Positions 7,771-17,082 of a stretch of 23,763 nucleotides of DNA are shown here, in pieces; positions within the stretch are counted from its first letter, which is position 1, and the number at the start of each line of letters is the position of its first letter. The translations under genes were made by a program, and so were the position numbers. The notes below the pieces were generated by a model that made no database searches, was not told the DNA's origin, and saw only the letters and a program-made list of their open reading frames with translations. This DNA is from Verrucomicrobiota bacterium (GTDB taxonomy: Bacteria; Verrucomicrobiota; Verrucomicrobiia; Limisphaerales; CANJSG01), in contig JBBQXJ010000075.1 in the NCBI GenBank assembly GCA_038209745.1, forward strand, positions 1-23,763, given 5' to 3'.

Positions 7771-7850
7771 AACCGCTAATCCACGCTGATCTTCGCTAAT
7801 CCAAGCAGTCCCAGATGCCCATAAGCATTTATCCGCGCGGAGTAGCGGTT
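7771..7850. repeat. Imperfect palindrome with 10-bp periodic CGCT(A/G)AT units
   Basis: Arms 7771-7800 and 7821-7850 match at 22/30; units start at 7774, 7784 and 7794. Confidence 0.7.
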
Positions 7851-7873
7851 TTCCCCAAGTTCAATCCTCCGAC

Positions 7874-8965
7874 ATGAGCGAACTCCTCGCCCGCGACAAA
7901 TACCACTGCCCGGCCTGCGGGGCGGACGCGAACTGGAGCGCCGCCAAACAGGCGCTCGTCTGCCCCTTCTGCGGCACCGTGTCGCCGGCCGCGATCGGGA
8001 GCGACGGGGCCATCGTCGAACACGATCTGGTCGCGACGCTCCGCGCCATTCCCGACGATCAGCGCGGCTACAACACCGAGCGCGTGTCGGTGAAGTGCCA
8101 GAGCTGCCAGGCCATCTCCTCCTTCGATCCGAACCGCGTGGGGCAGAACTGCGAGTTCTGCGGCTCCGCCCAGCTCGTGCCCTACGAGCAGACCCTGGCC
8201 CTGATCCGGCCGGAGAGCCTGCTGCCCTTTTGCGTGACCCAGATCCAGGTGCGCGAATCCGTGCGCCAGTGGTATGCCAGTCGATGGTTTGCTCCGGGCG
8301 CGTTGAAGCGGCGCGCGCTGACCGACACGGTCGGCGGAGTCTATCTGCCCTACTGGACTTTTGATGCCCGGGTCCACGCCGATTGGACCGCCGAGTCCGG
8401 CTACTATTATTACGTGACGGAAAGTTACACCGATGCGCAGGGCAATACGCAGACGCGGCAGGTTCAGAACATCCGCTGGCAATGGAGCAGCGGTTCCTTG
8501 GACCACTTCTTCGACGACCAGTTGATCCCCGGCACCAAGGGCGTCCACGGCGGTCTTCTGGAAAAGGTCGAACCCTTCCCGACAAAGGAATTGAAACCCT
8601 ATGACGCCGGCTACCTCGCCGGTTGGGTGGTGGAACAATACCAGGTGGACCTGTCCTCCGCTGCGCAGCGGTCCCGCGAAGAGATGGATTCCGCCGTGCG
8701 TTCCATGTGCGCCTCCCGCGTGCCCGGGGATACCCACCGGAACCTGCAAGTTTCTTCGTCCTATTCCGCCCTCACCTTCAAGCACGTCCTCGTGCCGGTC
8801 TGGCTGCTGACCTACGACTACGGCCGCAAGGGCTACCAGGTGCTGGTCAACGGCTACACCGGCGAGATCGCGGGCGAACGGCCCTTCAGCTTCTGGAAGA
8901 TCTCCTTCCTGGTGGTCGCGATCCTGGTCGTGGTCGGAATCGTGGTCCTGCTGGCGAACCGCTGA
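7874..8965 (+). CDS. Zinc-ribbon domain protein with C-terminal membrane anchor (usual partner of YdjI-like SPFH genes), 363 aa
   Basis: Four CxxC pairs (CPAC, CPFC, CQSC, CEFC); GVYLPYWTFD, VLVPVW, VNGYTGEIAGERP; C-terminal TM helix. Confidence 0.85.
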   Translation: MSELLARDKYHCPACGADANWSAAKQALVCPFCGTVSPAAIGSDGAIVEHDLVATLRAIPDDQRGYNTERVSVKCQSCQAISSFDPNRVGQNCEFCGSAQLVPYEQTLALIRPESLLPFCVTQIQVRESVRQWYASRWFAPGALKRRALTDTVGGVYLPYWTFDARVHADWTAESGYYYYVTESYTDAQGNTQTRQVQNIRWQWSSGSLDHFFDDQLIPGTKGVHGGLLEKVEPFPTKELKPYDAGYLAGWVVEQYQVDLSSAAQRSREEMDSAVRSMCASRVPGDTHRNLQVSSSYSALTFKHVLVPVWLLTYDYGRKGYQVLVNGYTGEIAGERPFSFWKISFLVVAILVVVGIVVLLANR

Positions 8966-9047
8966 CGCTGTCGCACTTGGAGGCGGAGCGGCGGCAGGAC
9001 GGGAAGGCAGTTGCGCCGATCGGGTTTGCGGCGTTCTCTCACGGACG

Positions 9048-9968
9048 ATGACTAAACCCATTGCGTTGGCGCCGATTTTCGACGTGACGGTGCGTATCGG
9101 ATGCAGCCTGGTCTATGAAGCTCCCGGGTCGGCGATGCTGCTGCTGAACCTGAGCCCCCGCCCGGATCGCAACCACTCGGTGGTGTTCGAGGCGCTCGCC
9201 CTCGGCAACAATCTTCCCTCGGACCGGTTCACCGACAGCCATGGCAACCAGGTCTATCGCGTGAAGCTGGCGCCCGGCCGAAATCTCTTCCGGCACGACG
9301 CGATCGTGTCGGTCTCGTCGCAACCTGATAACCATTATCTGACGGACCCCACGGCGCACGCGCCTGAAAATCTGCCATCGGAGGTGTTGCGCTACACGAT
9401 GCCCAGCCGCTACTGCGACTCGGACAAGCTCGTCAACTTCGCCTGGGAAAAGTTCGGCCAGGTCGAGCACGGTTGGCCCCGCGTCCAGGCCATCAGCCAG
9501 TGGCTGCACGGGAACATCGAGTATCGCTACATGTCCGGGCAGGCGGATCTCTCCGCGTGGGACATCCTCCAGCGCGGCTACGGCGTGTGCCGCGATTTTG
9601 CGCATCTTGCCATCGCGCTCAACCGCACCTTCAACCTGCCGGCCCGCTACGTGACCGGCCATTTGCCCGACATCGGTTTTCCCGATCCGTCGGGCCACAT
9701 GGATTTCCACGCCTACGCCGAGGTGTATCGCGGCGGCGACTGGTTCACGACCGATGCGCGCTTCCATGTGCCCCGCATCGGGAGGATCAAGCTTTCGTGC
9801 GGACAGGACGCCGTGGACGGCGCGTTCTCCACCATCTTCGGCGGGGCGAACCTGACCTATTTCGAGGTCTGGGCCTATCAAGTGGCGCGCGGCACCGTCG
9901 GCGTTGGGGATCCGTTGGATTTTTCCAAGCGCCTCGACAACCAGTGGACGGTGCGGACGGATCCGTGA
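9048..9968 (+). CDS. Transglutaminase-like family protein, 306 aa
   Basis: PSRYCDSD, GVCRDFAHL (catalytic Cys), PARYVTG, MDFHAYAEVY, W...DA. Confidence 0.9.
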   Translation: MTKPIALAPIFDVTVRIGCSLVYEAPGSAMLLLNLSPRPDRNHSVVFEALALGNNLPSDRFTDSHGNQVYRVKLAPGRNLFRHDAIVSVSSQPDNHYLTDPTAHAPENLPSEVLRYTMPSRYCDSDKLVNFAWEKFGQVEHGWPRVQAISQWLHGNIEYRYMSGQADLSAWDILQRGYGVCRDFAHLAIALNRTFNLPARYVTGHLPDIGFPDPSGHMDFHAYAEVYRGGDWFTTDARFHVPRIGRIKLSCGQDAVDGAFSTIFGGANLTYFEVWAYQVARGTVGVGDPLDFSKRLDNQWTVRTDP

Positions 9969-10029
9969 CTCCAAAGGGACGGACTACAAAGGAACAGGTC
10001 CATCGTCAGAAGGACTTGATCGCTGCGGG

Positions 10030-10162
10030 GCGCGGCAAATCCCGGGGGGCGACCAACGCGACGTTCGTCATCGGCAACGTCCGGCCGAGCCGGGTGGGCA
10101 GCGATCTCGGTTCACTGACCCGCAGCGAGACGCGGCTGGCGGGGGTGCCGATCGCGGCGTAG
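10030..10162 (+). pseudogene. Possible decayed fragment of an immunoglobulin (I-set-like) repeat protein
   Basis: GATNATFVIGNVRPS..GS..GSLT.SETRL resembles the IPGATNATL.I.NVQ..G.Y..GS.TS..A.L repeats of verrucomicrobial surface proteins; no start codon. Confidence 0.35.
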
Positions 10163-10327
10163 GGCGACAACGCGAAAAAGCAGACGGTGCTTTGCTCGCT
10201 CCCGTTCCTCTCATGACCCAACTTCTTTTTGCAGAACTTTCAGCCCACTATCGGACTTCCCCTCTTCGACCGTCCTCCGTGTCGACCGGGACCAAGAATT
10301 TCGCACCGTCTCCTGTCCGCCCAATGC

Positions 10328-10356
10328 TTGACGCTCCTCCACGCGCTACCTAGGGT
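10328..10356 (+). promoter_or_regulatory. Putative sigma70 promoter of tig
   Basis: TTGACG-N17-TAGGGT, 70 bp upstream of the GTG start. Confidence 0.55.
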
Positions 10357-10426
10357 TCGCGGTTCGCTGTTGGGTGGAACTCGGCCTCTGCCGCGCCCCA
10401 ATCGCCTGAAAACGAAAGGTTTTACC

Positions 10427-11731
10427 GTGAATGTGACCGTAGAAACGCTGGCACCCTGCAAAAAACTAGTCCGCATCGAAGTCGACGCGGCGGCGGTCGA
10501 CGCCGCTTTTGAGGAAGTTGGGAAGAAGTTCGTCCGACAAGTGTCGATCCCCGGCTTCCGTCCCGGCAAGGCGCCGAAGGCCATGGTGCTCAGGCGCTAC
10601 GAGTCCGGCATCCAGGAAGAGGTGAAGAAGAAGCTTCTGCCCGATTCCTACAGCCAAGCGGTCAAGGACCAGAACCTGAAGGTGATCGGATACCCCGACA
10701 TCGAGGAGATCCAGTTCGGCAAGGGCCAGTCCCTCCAGTTCGCCGCCACGATCGAGACCGCGCCCGAGTTTGAGCTGCCCGAATACAAGGGCCTGCCCGT
10801 GAAGCGCGAGAGCAAGCAGGTCACCGACGAGGACGTGGAGAAGGCGCTGACGACGCTCCGTGAACGGGTCGCCAAGTTCGAAACCGTCACCCGTCCCGCG
10901 CAGGATGGCGACGTCGTGGTGGTCAACTACAAGGGCACATCGGACGGGAAGCCGTTGACCGAGCTCGCGCCGACGGCCAAGGGCATCACCGAGAAGGAGA
11001 ATTTCTGGATCGCCGTCGATCCGAAGGCGTTCATCCCCGGCTTTGGCCCGCAATTGGCGGGTGCCTCGGCCGGCGACAAACGCGAGGTGAACATCGAGTT
11101 CCCCGCCGACTTCGTGCAGGGGTCCCTGTCCGGCAAGAAAGCCGTCTACGCCGTGGAAGTGGTCGAAGTGAAGGAGCGAATTCTCCCCGACGAAGACGAC
11201 GCCTTGGCCAAGCAATATGGTGCCGATACTCTGGACAAGCTGAAGGAAGGCATCCGGAACGATCTGACCAACGAGCTGAACATGCGCCAGAAGCGCAGCG
11301 TTCGGGAACAGATCACGAAAGGGCTTCTGGACAAGGTGACCTGTGATCTGCCCGAGGGCCTGATCAGCAACGAGACCCGCGAGATCGTCTACAGCATCGT
11401 GAACGAAAACCAGCGCCGTGGCGTGCCGCAAGAAACGATCGAGGCGCAGAAGAACGAGATCTTCTCCAATGCCACCATCACCGCCCGTGAGCGCGTGAAG
11501 GCGTCGTTCGTCTTTGGCCGGATCGCCGAGAAGGAAAGCTTGAAGGTCGAGCAGGCCGATCTGATCCAGCGCATCCAGATGATGGCCATGCAATATGAGA
11601 TGCCGGCCGACAAGCTGGCCAAGGACCTCCAGGCCAACAACCGGATCAATGCCGTCGCGGAGCAGGTGCTGCACGAGAAGGTGCTCGAACTGTTGGAGAG
11701 CACTGCAAATTTCGAGGACGTCGCCGCCTGA
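10427..11731 (+). CDS. tig: Trigger factor
   Basis: GTG start (MNVTVETL); ribosome-binding signature IPGFRPGKAP; FKBP-like domain (GDVVVVNYKG..FIPGF..FPADF). Confidence 0.95.
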   Translation: MNVTVETLAPCKKLVRIEVDAAAVDAAFEEVGKKFVRQVSIPGFRPGKAPKAMVLRRYESGIQEEVKKKLLPDSYSQAVKDQNLKVIGYPDIEEIQFGKGQSLQFAATIETAPEFELPEYKGLPVKRESKQVTDEDVEKALTTLRERVAKFETVTRPAQDGDVVVVNYKGTSDGKPLTELAPTAKGITEKENFWIAVDPKAFIPGFGPQLAGASAGDKREVNIEFPADFVQGSLSGKKAVYAVEVVEVKERILPDEDDALAKQYGADTLDKLKEGIRNDLTNELNMRQKRSVREQITKGLLDKVTCDLPEGLISNETREIVYSIVNENQRRGVPQETIEAQKNEIFSNATITARERVKASFVFGRIAEKESLKVEQADLIQRIQMMAMQYEMPADKLAKDLQANNRINAVAEQVLHEKVLELLESTANFEDVAA

Positions 11732-11756
11732 TTCGTCAGGCTTTTTGATCCTCTGC

Positions 11757-11789
11757 GCGCCCGGACTTCGGTCCGGGCGTTTTTGTTTT
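11757..11789 (+). terminator. Rho-independent terminator of tig
   Basis: CGCCCGGAC-TTCG-GTCCGGGCG stem with a C(UUCG)G loop, followed by TTTTTGTTTT. Confidence 0.85.
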
Positions 11790-11886
11790 CGACAAAGTTG
11801 GAGACGCCGAAGCACGGAGTCTCAGGACGGGGTGGGCGAGCGCGGACAAACCGACGAAGGGAGACTCGGGGGACCAATTCCAACCG

Positions 11887-12004
11887 GTCAGTTCTGCCGC
11901 ATCGCAAACTTCCAAGTTTGCTGGGCGCCGGGAAAAAGTCACACACGGTTTGACCTTCCCTCTCTCCGCCTCGGCCATTCAGGCCTAGATGCGGCAGAAC
12001 TGAC
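11887..12004. mobile_element. MITE-like 118-bp element with perfect 17-bp terminal inverted repeats
   Basis: GTCAGTTCTGCCGCATC (11887-11903) / GATGCGGCAGAACTGAC (11988-12004); internal palindrome GCAAACTT-CC-AAGTTTGC (11904-11921). Confidence 0.55.
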
Positions 12005-12340
12005 GGGCCTGCCAGAGATCAACAGATGGGATGCCTTGGCTATGTCCCAAGTCGGGCCAGAAGGCAAGCTGCCAATCATGACGACAGGCGATTCTCCCAC
12101 GCCATCAGCATGTTCCACGACTGTTCCACGGCCCATATAAATAGGACAGCCAGTCGGGAACGGTCGCAGAAAGTCTGTTTCGAGTTCCACCACGACGCTC
12201 CGGGTTCAAGCGGCCTATCCTTGCGGCAGAGTGGACGAGGTCGAACCGATCCGGGGTCTGGCCTCGTCGGCGGCCGGATTTTCGGCGTCGGTTGCGATTT
12301 GAATCTTCCCGGAGCGGCATCTACCGTTCCAGCCTGCCTC

Positions 12341-13789
12341 ATGTCGGACGAGCCACTCTCCAAACTTCGCCGGTTCCAGCTTCAGGTGAAGGCTCTCTTC
12401 GACGACAGCATTTCCGCGCTGAACGAAGAATCCGCCCTGCCGCGACTGCACCGTTTCGCCCGGTTCTGGATCATGGTGGTGCAAAGCTTCCTGAAGAACC
12501 GATGCGCCGTCCGCGCCACGGCCCTCGCCTACACGACGCTTCTGGCGATCGTCCCCGTATTGGCAGTGGTCGTCAGCATCTCGACCAGCCTGTTGAAGAC
12601 CGAGTCCGGCAAGGGCCAGATCGATACCCTGATCAACACCATCATCGAGAGGGCGGCGCCCCAGCTCGGGCTGGTGTCGGACGCGGAAGCGAGCTACAAG
12701 GATTTCAACCCGTCGGACTGGGGGCTGGAGGACTTGTCCAAGCCCGGCAGCGACGCGCCCGTGCGGACCAAGTCCGACGCCCGGCAAAAGGTCCGCGGCT
12801 TCATCAACAGCTCCATCAGCAACGTGAACAGCGGCGCCCTCGGAGCAACCGCCATGATCGGCGTCATCTTTGTCGGCATTTCCCTGCTGGCCAACATCGA
12901 GACCACGCTCAACGACATCTGGGGCGTCTCCCGGGGCCGGTCGTGGGTCGCGAGGATCATCCAGTATTGGGCCGTGCTGACGCTGGGGCCGATCCTGCTC
13001 GTGGCGGCGACGAGCCTCAATATCGGAGCCGGAACCACCGCCGTGCAAGGATTCCTGAAGGACAGCCCCGTCACAGCCTTCCTCCTCAAGCTGGTCCCCA
13101 CGGTCCTGATGACGATCGCCTTCGGCTTGTTCTACAAGCTGATGCCGAACACTCCCGTCAATTGGAGCGCGGCGTTCTTCGGCGGCTTCGTCTCGGCGGG
13201 CCTCCTGGGTCTCAACAACGCCTTCAACGAAGTCTATTTCGGCCAAGTGGTGAAGAACTCGAAGATCTACGGTGGGCTCGGGGCCCTCCCCATCTTCCTG
13301 ATCGGCATCTACCTCTCGTGGCTGATCATCCTCTTCGGTGCCCAGGTGGCCTACGGCTTCCAGAATCGAAAAGCCTACCGCAACGAGAGGCTGGCGGAAT
13401 CGGTCAACGAGGACAGCCTCGAATTCGTCGCGCTCCGGTTGATGAACGTCCTCGCCCAAAATTTCGGCGGCGGAAAGGGGGCGACGACGATCGCCGCTCT
13501 CTCCGCCGAACTCGGCGTTGCTGGTCGCCTTCTCACTCGCGTGCTGGACCCGCTGCTCAAAGGCGGCCTCGTGGTAGAAGTCCAGACCCCCGTTTCGGGC
13601 TTCTCGCCTGGCCGTCCATTGGAATCAATCTCCTACATGGACATCCTCGAGGCCATCCGGACCCAGAACGGCCGCCCGCTCCCGGTCAACGACCCGACCG
13701 TCCGGGAACGTCTGGCAAGCATCCGCGCCGCTGAACGCAAGACCGCATCCGCCATTACCCTCGCCGCCGTCATCCGTCCGAACTCCTGA
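12341..13789 (+). CDS. YihY/BrkB-family inner membrane protein with C-terminal Rrf2-like winged helix
   Basis: RATALAYTTLLAIVP, IETTLNDIWGV, YWAVLTLGP, YKLMPNT, IYGGLGALPIFLIGIYLSWLIILFGA; soluble wHTH-like tail. Confidence 0.88.
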   Translation: MSDEPLSKLRRFQLQVKALFDDSISALNEESALPRLHRFARFWIMVVQSFLKNRCAVRATALAYTTLLAIVPVLAVVVSISTSLLKTESGKGQIDTLINTIIERAAPQLGLVSDAEASYKDFNPSDWGLEDLSKPGSDAPVRTKSDARQKVRGFINSSISNVNSGALGATAMIGVIFVGISLLANIETTLNDIWGVSRGRSWVARIIQYWAVLTLGPILLVAATSLNIGAGTTAVQGFLKDSPVTAFLLKLVPTVLMTIAFGLFYKLMPNTPVNWSAAFFGGFVSAGLLGLNNAFNEVYFGQVVKNSKIYGGLGALPIFLIGIYLSWLIILFGAQVAYGFQNRKAYRNERLAESVNEDSLEFVALRLMNVLAQNFGGGKGATTIAALSAELGVAGRLLTRVLDPLLKGGLVVEVQTPVSGFSPGRPLESISYMDILEAIRTQNGRPLPVNDPTVRERLASIRAAERKTASAITLAAVIRPNS

Positions 13790-13856
13790 AACGGGCCACC
13801 GCCTCCGTTTAGATTCGGCGAGACTCCGATTTTTCTAAAACAACCCCAAAACTCCA

Positions 13857-14957
13857 ATGATCATCGGCATTCCAAAAGAGACCAAGAACAAGGAATACCG
13901 CGTCGCGCTCCTGCCGTCCGCGGCGTATCAACTGATCAAACGCGGGCACCAGGTCGTCGTCGAGCGGGGCGCGGGAATCGGAGCGGGCTATTTGGACCAA
14001 GACTTCGAACAAGCCGGGGCCGCTTTGGTCGACGAGCACAAGGAGGTGTTCGACCGCGCTGAAATGATCGTGAAAGTGAAGGAGCCGCTGGCCGCCGAAT
14101 ACGCGCTCCTACGCCCGGGCCAGATCCTCTTCACCTACCTGCATCTCGCCGCGAACAAGACGTTGACCGAGGCGCTCATGAAAAGCGGTTGCACCGCCCT
14201 CGCCTACGAGACCGTCGAGATCAACCGTCGCTTGCCCCTGCTGGAGCCGATGAGCGAGATCGCCGGACGCATGAGCGTGCTCGTGGGAGGCTACTTCCTC
14301 GCGAAACACAACGGCGGCAGCGGGGTGCTGCTGGGGGGAGTCCCCGGAGTGCTCCCTGGCAAGGTCGTCGTGCTCGGTGGCGGGGTTTCCGGGGTGAACG
14401 CCGCGCGCATGGCCATGGGCCTCGGGGCCGACGTCACCATCCTCGAAGTGGACGTCGAGCGGATGCGCTTCCTCGACATCACCCTGCACACCGCCCACAC
14501 CCTCTATTCTAGCGAAGCCCATCTGATGGACATCCTCCCGAGCGTCGACCTCCTCATCGGAGCCGTGCTCCTCCCCGGGGCCAAAGCGCCCAAGCTCATC
14601 CACCGCGACATGCTGCGCCGCATGCGGCCCGGCAGCGTCATGGTGGACATCGCCATCGACCAGGGTGGCTGCGCCGAGACCTCGCGTCCGACGACCCACG
14701 ACGAACCCGTCTATGTGGAGGAAGGCGTCACCCACTATTGCGTCGCCAACATGCCCGGCGCCTACGCCCGCACCGCCACCCAGGCGTTGACCAACGTCAC
14801 CCACCGCTACGTCGAACTCATCGCCGACCTCGGACTGGCGGAAGCCTGCCAACGCCAACCTGCCCTCCGGGGCGGCATCAACGTGATGGACGGCCTGGTG
14901 ACCCATCGCGCCATCGCCGACGCCCATGGCCTGCCCTGCTCCGCGCCGAAGGTCTGA
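13857..14957 (+). CDS. ald: Alanine dehydrogenase
   Basis: [62 protein letters not shown]. Confidence 0.97.
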   Translation: MIIGIPKETKNKEYRVALLPSAAYQLIKRGHQVVVERGAGIGAGYLDQDFEQAGAALVDEHKEVFDRAEMIVKVKEPLAAEYALLRPGQILFTYLHLAANKTLTEALMKSGCTALAYETVEINRRLPLLEPMSEIAGRMSVLVGGYFLAKHNGGSGVLLGGVPGVLPGKVVVLGGGVSGVNAARMAMGLGADVTILEVDVERMRFLDITLHTAHTLYSSEAHLMDILPSVDLLIGAVLLPGAKAPKLIHRDMLRRMRPGSVMVDIAIDQGGCAETSRPTTHDEPVYVEEGVTHYCVANMPGAYARTATQALTNVTHRYVELIADLGLAEACQRQPALRGGINVMDGLVTHRAIADAHGLPCSAPKV

Positions 14958-15029
14958 CCTTCGACACAATTCCAACTTTTCGCCGTCTTCCTGATCAATC
15001 GACCGTCCAAACGCGCCGATGCCTCCGGC

Positions 15030-15608
15030 GTGGTTCGAACCGAAGAATGGGAACGGGTCCCCCCCGGAAAGCTGGCGCTGTTCGCCGCCGGCCTCGGCGG
15101 TTTTGTCGCGATCGTCCGGGCGTCCGAGCCTGGTTTCATCATGGGCTTGGACCATGCGAACCTGCTTTTCCACGAAGCCGGCCACCCCATCGTCGGCCTC
15201 GTCAGCCAGCGACTGGAAACCTATGGTGGCACCCTGGGCCAGCTCGTTTTCCCGATTCTAATGGCCGTGGGTTTCTGGAAGAAGGGCAAGGTCCTGTCCC
15301 TCGCGGCCGCGTCGGTTTGGTTCTGGGAAAACGTCCTCAACATCGCCCGCTACATGGCGGATGCACGCCAGCTGAAACTGCCGCTCGTCGGCGGTGGCGA
15401 CCATGACTGGAACACCATTCTGGCCCGCTGGGACATCCTCCAATACGACACCCGGATCGCCACAAGCCTCCAGTTCGCTGCCTGGTCCGGCATCGCCCTG
15501 ACCGGCGCATGGGTCCTCTGGCGCGCATGGCAGGATCGGAAGAACCTTCCGGTGAAAGACGACGCGGTCGAGCGGCTCCCCTCCCACCACGCCCGGCTCA
15601 ACGGCTGA
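15030..15608 (+). CDS. Hypothetical membrane protein, putative M50-like zinc metallopeptidase
   Basis: HEAGH (HExxH) in a hydrophobic segment, GGTLGQL..P and downstream HDW motif. Start uncertain. Confidence 0.65.
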   Translation: MVRTEEWERVPPGKLALFAAGLGGFVAIVRASEPGFIMGLDHANLLFHEAGHPIVGLVSQRLETYGGTLGQLVFPILMAVGFWKKGKVLSLAAASVWFWENVLNIARYMADARQLKLPLVGGGDHDWNTILARWDILQYDTRIATSLQFAAWSGIALTGAWVLWRAWQDRKNLPVKDDAVERLPSHHARLNG

Positions 15609-16581
15609 CCGCAGCCACCGAGTTCGTCCCTGGGGGCAGTGGCGGAAACATCCCCGGCGGAAACGGCGGAAGCTCCGGCACCTGCTTCGTCAACTGCCGC
15701 CACACGTTCCGCTCGGCCGCAGTCATTGATTCCCATCGCTCGACGTTTCGGAGGAAGTGCGCCCGTTGCTCGGAAGACATCTCGGCCAATCGCTCAAAGG
15801 CCAACATGTATTCCCGCCGTTGCGCCACCGGCAGCCCGCCGAAGCGGTCGCGGGCCGCGTCCAAAAGCCGCCGCTCGTTCGCTTTCAAATGGTCCATTCC
15901 CTTCGCCAGATCCTGCGGGCCCAGTTCGAAGAAATCGCGAAACTGGCCGATCATCCGGCTGCGATCGGCACCCGAGAGGGAGTTCCAGCGGTTCAACCCC
16001 GTTTCCAGCCGGCGCCGCTGGTCGTCCATCTCCGGACTGAGCCCCGGCGGCATCGGGGGAAGGGGCGAATTCTGGATCCGGGTGAAGTAGTCGATGGCCG
16101 CTTCGTGCTCCAGGAACTGCGCCTGCAGACCGGCGGGAATTCCCTCCCAGCGCCGCAGCCGTTCGCCGACGAGCGACCGGTCTACCGGCGACAGGCCGGC
16201 GATGAACTGGGCCCGTTCGGCAGGACCCGTTCGCATCAAGGGCAACAACAGCCAGCGCAGATGCATCGCCCCGAGTCGGAGCTCCCGCTCTCCGCGCGGC
16301 ATCGCCGAGTATTCGTTGATCCGGGAAAGGATGATCCTTTGAGCCTTGTCCGACCGGTTGGTCAACGCCGCCGTCCGCTCTTCCGGGGACATGACCAGCA
16401 GGCGACGGAAGAACTCCACCGGCGATTTGGACAGCGGCGGCACCGGAGGTTCTGCGACCGGTGCCGCGGCTTGAGCAAAGACAGCGCCGGCGACGAGCAG
16501 CAGTACGGCCAGCCACCCGCGACCGACGCGACCGATCCGGCATCCGGCATCCGGCATCCGGCATCGGACCCGCAGGATCAT
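15598..16581 (-). CDS. DUF3106-like exported helical-repeat protein
   Basis: ATG overlaps the upstream stop (ATGA). Signal-like WLAVLLLVAGAVFAQA; repeats such as RW..LS..R / W..M...ER; Pro-rich ends. Confidence 0.75.
   Translation of the reverse strand: MILRVRCRMPDAGCRIGRVGRGWLAVLLLVAGAVFAQAAAPVAEPPVPPLSKSPVEFFRRLLVMSPEERTAALTNRSDKAQRIILSRINEYSAMPRGERELRLGAMHLRWLLLPLMRTGPAERAQFIAGLSPVDRSLVGERLRRWEGIPAGLQAQFLEHEAAIDYFTRIQNSPLPPMPPGLSPEMDDQRRRLETGLNRWNSLSGADRSRMIGQFRDFFELGPQDLAKGMDHLKANERRLLDAARDRFGGLPVAQRREYMLAFERLAEMSSEQRAHFLRNVERWESMTAAERNVWRQLTKQVPELPPFPPGMFPPLPPGTNSVAAVSR
16535..16565. repeat. Heptamer tandem repeat (ATCCGGC)x4+
   Basis: Perfect units start at 16535, 16542, 16549 and 16556, followed by ATC; lies at about codons 6-16 of the DUF3106 gene. 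Confidence 0.95.
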
Positions 16582-17066
16582 CGCAGCGCCTCCAACAGCT
16601 CGTCGTCCGCCGGCGGCACTTGGCCAAGCTTCACGATCGCGTCGAAATCCTTGAGCCAAGCCATGTCGGGCGCGGTGGCGGCATCGGACAGCACCACCAC
16701 GCTATGAAACAACTGCTGCCGCTGGTTGACCTCGTATTGGGCGAAACTAAACGCGGCGGCGGCGGCCAGCCCCCCGGTGAGGGCGATGCGGCGCAGGATC
16801 GGCACATGCCACCAGCCTCGACGACCGGCGAATTCCGCCTGCCGCGCCTCCATGGCGACCTGCTCCAACACCCGGGCGGTGAAGTTGCTGGGCAAGGGTT
16901 TGGGCGGCAGGCCAAGCAGCTTGGCACTGAGGGCGATGTCCGCCTCCCAGTCGATCGACTCCTCCGGATGGGCCGCCAGCCACGTGTGCACCTGCTGCTG
17001 TTCCGAATCGGTCAGCGGACGGCGCCAAAGCGTTTCGCGAAGGGTCTCGATGACGTTCCTGTTCAT
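16578..17066 (-). CDS. Putative anti-sigma factor (single TM)
   Basis: Directly downstream of the ECF sigma gene; L..LP..PLPSNFTARVL motif followed by a TM helix. Confidence 0.75.
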   Translation of the reverse strand: MNRNVIETLRETLWRRPLTDSEQQQVHTWLAAHPEESIDWEADIALSAKLLGLPPKPLPSNFTARVLEQVAMEARQAEFAGRRGWWHVPILRRIALTGGLAAAAAFSFAQYEVNQRQQLFHSVVVLSDAATAPDMAWLKDFDAIVKLGQVPPADDELLEALR

Positions 17067-17082
17067 GGTCGCACTGGGTGAA

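Noticed and set aside
10163..10426. tRNA upstream of tig (a common arrangement)
   Set aside because: No cloverleaf, T-loop GTTCRA in the right context or CCA end could be identified.
12005..12160. Decayed transposase start on the minus strand (MGRGTVVEHADG..) next to ATAAATAGGACAG
   Set aside because: The resemblance to RAYT N-termini is too weak and no HUH motif is present.
16535..16565. CRISPR array (also considered for the periodic palindromes at 4791 and 7771)
   Set aside because: The units are 7-10 bp with no unique spacers, and there are no cas genes.
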